This document shows positions 55,667 through 64,000 of a DNA stretch of 64,000 bases, in pieces. Numbering within the stretch: position 1 is the stretch's first letter; the number at the start of each line of letters is the position of its first letter. Location of the stretch: positions 4,464,001 through 4,528,000 of the forward strand of contig OZ361259.1 in the NCBI GenBank assembly GCA_977018835.1, read 5' to 3'. The stretch comes from Minutocellus sp. GHC0000111. Its lineage: Eukaryota. The notes under the pieces are model-generated. The model was not told the DNA's origin. It saw nothing but the letters and a program-made list of their open reading frames with translations, and did not search any database. Both the position numbers and the translations under genes were made by a program.

Positions 55667-57864
55667 TTATTTGCATTGGTGATCAGGGAGAGTTGTTCGT
55701 TTCCTGTTCCAATGCTTCCTGTAGTAACGTTTTGTCGTCATTGCACTCGGTAGATCAAATGCCGCCCCTTTACCGTATACCACGCAGGGACATTCCTCCT
55801 CTCTCCATTGCATCGCCTCTTCTGATAAGCAGGGGCGATCAAAGCTGAGTGGTAGATTCGTGATCGGGTTCTCGGCCAAGTTCATCCATTCGTAAAGCTT
55901 TCCCCCCTCCTGGTCACAGCAGCTAAACGACGTGCTTTCACAACACACACAGCAATCGCACTGGATACGTGCTTCACTGCCAGGGCAGTCGCCGCAATCT
56001 GCAGCAAACCAACTGACGTTGTTCGTTTTGCACAACTTATTCAGCGACCCACTAAGATTGTCATTCCCGTGCAAATTTAAGCTTTCGAGTCGATTCAGAC
56101 TGGAAATGCTTTCGGGCAGCGTGCCTGATAGGCACTGCTCGGATATAGACAGTTCTTTCAGCTCTTTCAAGTCACCAAACGAGGGGGGTATGGTGCCTGA
56201 AATGGATCCCCCAGAAATGCTGATCCCCTCCAAGCTGTCGGACAGGAATGATACCTCGCTGGGTATAGTCCCAGCCAATCCATTCCACCAGATACTGATC
56301 CGTTGGATGCGCCCTTGTTCGTTGCAGAAAAGCCCCTTGACTTCCAACGCTCCACCGAAGTCGGTGACTTCGCCAACAGATTCGTCGCCAAGTATAGCCC
56401 TATTCCAGTCACATTCATTTTTGCTGGAAAGGAAGCCAAGACGTGCATACCAAGATGGGCCATCGGTCGCCAAAAACAATAAAGCAGACACGTATCGCTG
56501 GCGTAGCTTCCGCGCATGCTCTCCTTCTGATGCGCCATCACCGCTCGCTGACCGCATAAGGGATATACTTATCTGATCCCTCGACATCCAGTCAAGTGCA
56601 GCCAAGCGATTAGGATCACTATCGAAGTCTGAAAAACCACCACCAACAATATTGCGAAGGGAAAGCATGCCACTGCTCGGCAGATCATCATCACTTGCAG
56701 TGCTGCTGGCATTGCTTGAACTCCCCTCTCCGGCTGTGCTTTCGATATTATTAGTCGTCATGCTGGTCTTGGATGTTGTCACCACTACTGTTGTAATCAC
56801 TATAGCCGAAACTGCACAGATCAGTGCGACCCAGAAAACGGTCCTGTGGCGCCGCCCCTTTTCCCGATTATCCCGATCCTCGCGATCCTCCCGATCTCTG
56901 ACGGCGACTTCCAAAGCTTGAGAGGCGAGGGAATATCGCCTTTCCATTTCGGCCATTTGTTCCATCAAGTTAGACTCATTTTCTTCGTTGACGGGCCGAG
57001 CGTCCACAATCACGTCATCATCCACAACGGCAGCTTCCGCGAGGCGGTACACCGAACTTGTCACCTCGAAGATCTCGCTCGATCTCCGCCTTGTTGGACC
57101 GAATAGGCACCGGGGATTGCAACGGCAAAGCGCTCAGGGACGTTGTCAGCGCCTTCCTGTTCGGCCTCGATTATGCGCCGGCCGGCCAAGTCGCTGCTCG
57201 AAATCCGAGGAGGAGTTGGGCCTCTCTCGAACCTACGAGCAAAGTGGGCGTCCAGCCAGGACGAGCCACTGGAACTTCCGCTCGATACCGTCCGTTGGTC
57301 ATGGCCGTCAACCTCATTGTTGCCGTCGTCGTCGCCACCATTGTCTGGATGTTCCAGATCTTGCTGAAGCTGCGGCGGTGCCTCGTTCACATGCTCGGTC
57401 GCTTCTTCAGAGATAAATCTATCGCATGGGACCATTCGGGCATTCGATGACGATGCAAATACAACGGCAGTGGCTCCGCCTGCATTTGTGCCTGCTTTGC
57501 ATGTCTTCGTTGAAGGACCAACAGTGTACCGGTATTGATGAGAAGCAGCACCGGCAACGGCGACAGCACCGACACCGGCAGATTGTTTCTGGCTGCTAAG
57601 GTTGGGCATTGCGATCGGAGCGCTCTGGCTGATGTCGTCGTTGTTGTCGTCGTTGTTGTCGTCGGACGAAATTCCAAAGCTGTCGGAAATAGACTCATCG
57701 GCAGCGGTCTCGTCGGTGGCACATGAAGCGTCAATCGAGCCAACTTCCTTTGGGACATTGTCCCTTTCTAAATCTAGGCCTGATTGCCGGGAGCCTCCGC
57801 TGCTGCTGCTGCTGCTGCTGTCGGCGTCGAGCCCCTCTACCAGGCCCATTTCATCGTCGCCCAT
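55667..57864 (-). CDS. Diatom-type LRR single-pass membrane protein; frameshift near 57080
   Basis: Low-complexity N-terminus with IPGAYSV, TM helix, QRYVSALLFLATDG..W..ECDW..C, LAGTIPSEV / ISGTIPPSFG / LSGTLPESIS LRRs, ADC..CDCC. Confidence 0.82.
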
Positions 57865-58447
57865 GGCTTGGCGATGCAGGAAACTCCTACTCGTACTTGC
57901 TTTACTCTCGGTTGGCTACTGTTGGCCTTTTACGTTGACTGCAGGGCTACTCTAGTACTCTACTAGACTCGACGACTCGACTCTAGCTACGTAGTACGCG
58001 TATGTGTGTGTTGTCAGTCGTAGTTTTCTAATGTGTGTAAACGTGGAGGAGGCTCTAAAGTTGCTTACGTAGTAGTAGGTAATATGTGTGTGTCTGCGTG
58101 TGCGGCGTGAATAGAAAGTCGCACTTTCGAGAAAAAGTACTCACAATGACGGTAAATGACTCGACATTTCCGGCATTTCCGCCGGCATTTCCGGCATTAC
58201 TACACTTCATTATCGCAGAACTACGACTAGCTACGTACAAGTTGTAGCTAGCTAGTCGTAGTTCTGCTGAAAGCGTACTATGATGGTGACTGCACTATAA
58301 ATTTAGTCTTTCTTTGCACTACACGTAGTAGTAGGCAGCAGACCCAGTCGGCAGCAGCTTGAATCGAGCTGCTGCTGATGCGATACATACTACGTAGCTA
58401 GCTAGAGCCTAGCTACGTAGCTCTAGCTCTAGAGAAGCAGACCATAC

Positions 58448-59458
58448 ATGCATGTACTTTTGTTTGCCAATATGTCGACAATTCCGCATTGTCTTTTATC
58501 AGGCCTACTCTTCGCGATGGCGACGGCACCGGCGGCGGCATTGACCAGCGAAAGGCTCGAAGTGGAACAGTTAGAGGCACTTGTCCCAGGAATTGGCACG
58601 CCTGTGCCACTGATCGGAAGCAACATTGACGGAGAGAGTGTGTTCACAAACTTCGTCACTGCTCACAATGAGGGGCAGTTCTTCATTCTGTACAATGGCA
58701 TGATGACCTACGAAAAGCCCTCGGCGGAAGCGTTCGAGGTGACCACTTTGCTCTGGTGCAGCGATCTGGTCTTTAGCGCCTTGGCAGGTGTCTCCGACCG
58801 GGCTGTTGGATACTCCGGCCGGTGCATCATCGTGCGGTTGACCGAGCCGACCGACTTTGTTGACTCCGGGGCGGGAGTATCGGACTATGAAGAGCTGAAC
58901 ATCAACGATTTTGTGGACACGTTCGGCATATCCACCGTCTTCATTCCTCAGATGAACGTCCTCCAGGGCGTGATGCACAAGCATACTGACAACTACGTCC
59001 GCATGTTCTGGGACGATGGCCGACCGACCATGGCAATGAATGGTTGGGAAAATCACGACGAAGGAGATGACTCGCCAAATGCCCATTCCAGCTCTTGGTC
59101 CAACGTTGCAACGTGTAGGTGGCTATCTGCGGAGCAGACAGCTTCGTTCCTGAGAGTAGAAACTTCGAATCTTTCCCCCGAAAGGTTCGGCGATATTTAC
59201 GAGCAAGTGTGGAACAAAATGAATAAGCCAATCGAGTCAGTCGAGCCAGACACAGCGGACAAGGAAGCTGGGGGCGATAATGAGAAATCAGATGAAGAGA
59301 CAAAAGATGAGGAAACGGAAGAGGAAGAGCAAGGAGACGGCACCAATAGCTCCGACGCTAGTAGCGGCCAAATCCCAAGGAGAGCGAGAAGAAAGCTGAC
59401 CAGCATTCCTGAACCGGGCACTTTATTCTCTTTTTCCCTCAGACTTATCTGTTTGTAG
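58448..59458 (+). CDS. Hypothetical secreted protein
   Basis: Signal-peptide-like N-terminus, globular middle, acidic tail. Confidence 0.6.
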   Translation: MHVLLFANMSTIPHCLLSGLLFAMATAPAAALTSERLEVEQLEALVPGIGTPVPLIGSNIDGESVFTNFVTAHNEGQFFILYNGMMTYEKPSAEAFEVTTLLWCSDLVFSALAGVSDRAVGYSGRCIIVRLTEPTDFVDSGAGVSDYEELNINDFVDTFGISTVFIPQMNVLQGVMHKHTDNYVRMFWDDGRPTMAMNGWENHDEGDDSPNAHSSSWSNVATCRWLSAEQTASFLRVETSNLSPERFGDIYEQVWNKMNKPIESVEPDTADKEAGGDNEKSDEETKDEETEEEEQGDGTNSSDASSGQIPRRARRKLTSIPEPGTLFSFSLRLICL

Positions 59459-59686
59459 CACGTAGATCTAGATCTACATGTTGGCGTTAAGAAGTAGAGC
59501 AACGATAATTGGTTATGGAGCACCAAGAGGATGCGTACATAGATCTACGTATACATACATGTAGAAAAAGGTTTGTTCATAAATGCCGATCCGATGCGAC
59601 CTACAAGTAGAGCTATCTAGCTATAGAGCTACATAGATCTAGTTCTGTATAAATCTATATTCTTCTCAAAGCCAGTGTCTACGTAG

Positions 59687-61945
59687 CTAACAATCAAAAC
59701 TAGCCACGTTCCTCGAAGGGCGACTGCTCGGACGGGGACGGGGAGTTTCGCACACTTCGCACTTGTCCCTGGATCCGATGTTGATCTCGTTGTAAAATGT
59801 GCACGCGCCACACGACCAGGGCCCTATAGTACTGGGAGTGCTGTTGTTGCGGATGCTCCGAGTATCGACCGATGGAGGTTGGTACTGTTGGGGCTGCGGC
59901 GTCTGATGATGCGATTGCCGAGGACTTGGTTTCCTCTTCTTGGCCGACGACGATGATGATTTTTTGGCTGAAGCCGAAGCGGAGGCCGATGATGCGGATG
60001 TCGAGCCGACCAAACAGTCGGAGCTGCTCGATGCTCGCACGGTGCGAGGAGATTCCGACGACGGGGAGCGCGAGATTTGCGCCTCGCGATCGTCGTCATT
60101 ACCATTCCTGCCGTCATTTGTCGAGTCCTGAGGCTCGTTGATACCATCTTCCGCGGCCCTGGCCGCCTCCGCAGCACTCGGCTTGCGATCGTCGTCCTCA
60201 TCTTCGTCGCTCCCGTCGTCCAACACAATGGGCTCCTCGGCACCATCGTCGGCGGCGGCGTCGTCGTCCTTCTTCTCCTCCTCTTCCTGAGCTTCCAAGG
60301 CCTGCTCGTCCTCCTCCCACTTCCTCTTCTTTTTGCTGCTACTGCCATTGGTAGCACCGGCATCCTCCTCCTCGCCCATCCTCCACCCCTGCTCCTTGCA
60401 CCGCTTCCTGCCCTCGGCCAGCAGGGCGGCGAAGCCGGACTTCATCTTGTCGGGAATATCGGCCGCACGACTGCTGGTTGCACCGCTAGTACTACCACCA
60501 GCAGTACCACCAGTACCACCCTCCTCATCTCCATCGCCACCGCCGCCGCCACCATCGACCTTCTCCTCGTTCCACTTGGCATTCAATCGCCTCATCTCCT
60601 CCGTCACTCTGCCGCTGCCGTTCATCATGGCCGCCCTCCTCTCCCTCTCTTTCGCCCGTTCCTCCGCGTGGACCTGCTCCACCAGCTGGGCAATCGGTGC
60701 CGGCTGGGTGGACAGGCACTGGGCGTTGTACAGCATCCGGAAGGCCCGGTAGCGATCCTTGAGGACGTCCAGGCCGCTGCTGCTGCTGCCACTGTTGGCA
60801 CCACCAATGCCGTTGCCGCCGCCCTTGGTGCTGGTCGACAGGTGGTAGTCGCCCAACAATTTGACCAGCTGGGGCTTCTTGAGGAGGTGGATGTTGCCGG
60901 CGATGGGACGGGCCCGATCGAGCGTCCGGGGGTCGATGGTCGAGCGGTGGGCGGTGAGATATTCCGCGTCGGACGGGTAGGATTTGGCTGCAGGTGGTGC
61001 GGGTGCTGGTGCTGCCTTGCTGGTGGCGGAGGAGGCTGATGAACGAGCGGGTGCCTTCCTTTCGCTGCTGGTACTGTTGTTGCTCTTGCCACAACTACGA
61101 CCGCCACTCTTGGGAACGAACTCGACGTCGGTGTCGGAATTGCTACCGTCGTCGTCGTCCTCCTCGGCATACTCCTCGCCCGAGCCCTCGTCTTCGTCGG
61201 ACGACGGCGAATCACCGACGTCGTCGTCGATATTGGTATTGTCCGCAGAGGCAGCAGCAGTCGTGGCGCTGGCACGGCGGGAGCTGCTCCGCCTCGGCCG
61301 CTTCTTGCCGCCGGCCGACGACGACGCTGATGCCGACGACGACGATGAATTTGACGAAGCCGTCACGGACGCGGCCGCCCTCTTCTTCCCGCCGTCGTCC
61401 TTTGCGCCATTCGCATTGTTGTCACCGCTGCCATTTGCCGCCGCTGACTCATTATTATTACCACCGCCGCTCGAGGAAGACATCCACATCCGATCCCGCA
61501 CCTGTCCCCTCACGCTGCCCCAAAGGCGACAGACGGCCTCCAACGTCGGGTTCGCCCTCACGTCCTTCTCGTCGCATTTCTGTCGGCACTTGGGACAGCT
61601 CTGGCCGGTCGTCGTGCCGTTCCTGGCCAGCGATTGGAACTTGAGATTCTGGCCAAGGCACAGGGAGCAGAAGGTGTGCCCGCATTTGAGCACGACCGGG
61701 ACGGAGAGGGGGGCGGCGTGGCAGATGGGGCAGGTCAGGTGGGCGTCGAGGGCGGACAGCTGCGACAGGAGGGGGGAGAGGGCGGGGTCGGCGGTGGTGA
61801 TGGAGGAGCTGGAGGAATTACCGCTGTTGGGATTTTGCAGCCAGTTGATCGAGTCGTCGGCGTCGTCCATCTCGCCGGCGAACGGCGCGGCGGCGGCGGC
61901 GGAGGCGGAGGCAGGCCGCTGAGAGGCCTTCTTCGGCGGGGCCAT
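59687..61945 (-). CDS. RAD18: RAD18-like RING E3 ligase with a SAP-like region and a C-terminal RanBP2/NZF zinc finger
   Basis: LDAHLTCPICH..CGHTFCSLC..CPKCR; HLLKKPQLVKLLGDYHLST..RYRAFRMLYNAQC..LVEQV..EE; WSCGACTFYN..CEVCETPR. Confidence 0.72.
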   Translation of the reverse strand: MAPPKKASQRPASASAAAAAPFAGEMDDADDSINWLQNPNSGNSSSSSITTADPALSPLLSQLSALDAHLTCPICHAAPLSVPVVLKCGHTFCSLCLGQNLKFQSLARNGTTTGQSCPKCRQKCDEKDVRANPTLEAVCRLWGSVRGQVRDRMWMSSSSGGGNNNESAAANGSGDNNANGAKDDGGKKRAAASVTASSNSSSSSASASSSAGGKKRPRRSSSRRASATTAAASADNTNIDDDVGDSPSSDEDEGSGEEYAEEDDDDGSNSDTDVEFVPKSGGRSCGKSNNSTSSERKAPARSSASSATSKAAPAPAPPAAKSYPSDAEYLTAHRSTIDPRTLDRARPIAGNIHLLKKPQLVKLLGDYHLSTSTKGGGNGIGGANSGSSSSGLDVLKDRYRAFRMLYNAQCLSTQPAPIAQLVEQVHAEERAKERERRAAMMNGSGRVTEEMRRLNAKWNEEKVDGGGGGGDGDEEGGTGGTAGGSTSGATSSRAADIPDKMKSGFAALLAEGRKRCKEQGWRMGEEEDAGATNGSSSKKKRKWEEDEQALEAQEEEEKKDDDAAADDGAEEPIVLDDGSDEDEDDDRKPSAAEAARAAEDGINEPQDSTNDGRNGNDDDREAQISRSPSSESPRTVRASSSSDCLVGSTSASSASASASAKKSSSSSAKKRKPSPRQSHHQTPQPQQYQPPSVDTRSIRNNSTPSTIGPWSCGACTFYNEINIGSRDKCEVCETPRPRPSSRPSRNVASFDC

Positions 61946-62393
61946 CGCGTCCGAGGAAATGCAGGTGGGGGAGGAAGCAACGGCAGGTACAGCCGGTACG
62001 CACAATAATACCAAAGGCTGACCTCTCTCTCGCTCTCGTGACTCTCGGTTTTGAGCTTGGCGCTTGCTGGACAAGCAATTTGCTTACTTGCCAGGAGCAG
62101 CGGCAGCAGCAGCAGCAGCAGCAGGCAGGCAGGCTCTCGTCCTTCAAAAACTAGCTCCGTGCGTCGTCTTTCCACCGTTCGACAAGCAAAATCGCAAAGA
62201 TCGCACCAGCCATCAGATCACTGCTCATGGTCGCTTGCAATCCCTAGCTAGGGATTGCAAGCATCTCAGGTAGACTCTGAAAGATAGACTGAATTAATTG
62301 ATTGAGCGCACACGCACGCATGATCAAAGCAGGAAGAGCCTTTTCCCGAAACAGAACACAACCGAACCGAACCTCCGCCCAGCCATCCATCCA

Positions 62394-64000
62394 ATGAGAC
62401 CGATTGCATCGGCGGTGCTGCGAGAAAAGATGGTATCGTCGGCAGCTTCGACTTCTTCTGCGACACCCTTGCCACTGGTCAGTGCCGCTAGCAGTGCAAC
62501 CAGCACCGCCACCACAACTTCTTCCATCCTTTCGACAATTCTGTCCTACCTTACCGACCACAAATGGGCAGTGTTCGGGATCGGCCTGGCAGCGACACCT
62601 CTAATGGCGTTGTTGCAGGGGACGTACTTTTTGATACGCTATCGGCTCCAATTTGGCAGCGACGTGCCGGTGCCCGTGTTGCCGGCACATGGTGTGGTGC
62701 TCGTGGTCGACAGGGAGGAGGAGGAGACAGATGGCAGTGGCACATCTCAATGTATCCGAAATGTGGACATCACCTACCGAGATGATGGCGATAGCAGCAC
62801 CGATGCCGATGAGAACAAAATGAGGACATGGGGAACAATAGCAACCGCAACACCGCAATCCTCCCGCCCAAACACAAAGCAAGCCCCCCTCCGCCTGCTG
62901 GTCATCGGTGATTCCCTCGCCGCGGGAGTGGGCGTCCTATCTCCCTCGTCACCGGCACCGCTCCTTCCCGAAATTGTGGCCCGATCGCTGTCCAGAGCGT
63001 TGGGTGGAAAGCCAATCTTTTGGACCTGTGTGGCAGAGCCCGGTGCCAGTTCGGGCTGGATCTTCCGTGAGTTGGCCAGTCGAAGCTTCCTGCAGGATGG
63101 TTAAGAAGGGAGCATGCAAATGGATTGCCGCGAAGCAAGTGAATTTGCAGACGAAAACAAGGTTTCAACTGCTCAAAATGTGTCTTCTGCGCCATCCTCA
63201 GTCATTCAAAAAGCACTGGCACTGTCGGCGGGGGGTGATACAATCATAAGCAACATTGATGAAGCCGATAGAGAACTGGCTGAATGGTGCAGAATGCTGC
63301 AAGTGCATAGCAAGCGGTTGCACACCGACGTGATGGGGGAATATGATGTAGCAGTAGTCATGACTGGTCTCAACGATCTAAAAGGTGCGATACTTCTTAC
63401 CGGGGATGAGATTGAATTTAGAAGACAAGCGCATGCTAGGGGTGGTGACTACACGGCGGAGCTGAAGAGAGTTGTCGATGCCTTGAGCGATAAGATGAAG
63501 CAGGGATTTACTGAATACGTTCAAAATGTACGATTGCGTGTTGGGTCGATGACTTCATCCCGCAAAGAAACCACTGCGGCAAGTACTGATGTTGATGAAA
63601 TGCAACAGAGCGAGTCGTCGAGGCACCCCTTGCTGCCTACTGATGAATTATCCTCGACTCAATAAGGCGCCGCAGGCGAATTTGCCGAGGAGAAGAAGGC
63701 CCATAGTGTCGAAAGCAAGGGGGGCGGAGAACAATACCCGCTCGTGGTTCTGACAGCATTGCCATCCAACTTGCCAGTGCTGCAGTGCCCACCCTTTATT
63801 TGGCTGTTGAAACCTCTGATTAGATGGACAGATCGGATTAAGCGGAAACTTGCTGGGCGATTTCCGCATGCAATGCTTTTTGTGGAAGCTCCCAAACGCT
63901 CGGAAATGAAAAACTATGAACAGAAACGGGGAATATTTTGGTTGGAGCATGAAAAGGAAGAACTTCTCCTATCTCTCAAGCTGGCGCCAGAGTGTGAATG
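62394..64000 (+). pseudogene. SGNH/GDSL hydrolase-like membrane protein with in-frame TAA (63102, 63663) and frameshifts; runs off the window end
   Basis: LRLLVIGDSLAAGVG, PGASS, DVAVVMTGLNDLKG, YPLVVL.ALP; coding-like sequence continues across the stops. Confidence 0.7.

Noticed and set aside
10275..63665. TAA reassignment (alternative genetic code) to explain in-frame TAA codons
   Set aside because: Many intact genes here terminate at TAA, and the same genes also carry frameshifts; decay or sequence error is simpler.

Overview
Gene-dense eukaryotic nuclear DNA, most likely from a diatom or a related photosynthetic stramenopile. This is inferred from ASAF-type bipartite plastid-targeting peptides, short GT-AG introns, DGD1, RETICULATA-like, DUF3007 and diatom-style LRR membrane genes. 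It holds about 30 host genes (xylose isomerase, GT11, an organellar 5'-3' exonuclease, NSE1, DGD1, D-cysteine desulfhydrase, an MFS transporter, TOM7, FOPNL, GT61, a RAD18-like gene and others). Three mobile elements have resolvable ends: an 8.5-kb tyrosine-recombinase (DIRS-like) retrotransposon at 15040-23529, a hAT-type MITE at 33278-33556 and a mariner-like transposon at 45014-47317. The most striking signal is inside the retrotransposon. TpA dinucleotides are almost eliminated over kilobase patches, conserved Tyr codons read as His or Cys (including RT YIDD->HIDD), repeat copies differ by TA->CA/TG, and 2-4 nt micro-duplications are scattered through it. This looks like a repeat-targeted hypermutation process running opposite to fungal RIP. 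Other points of interest are an unusual ITR/ICR architecture, a Pol I thumb fragment placed before a 5'-3' exonuclease, and a deaminase-2OG dioxygenase fusion broken at a head-to-head deletion junction. A local mosaic of duplications and many disabling lesions in host genes (real decay or assembly error) are also present. All family assignments come from motif recognition by eye, not from database searches.
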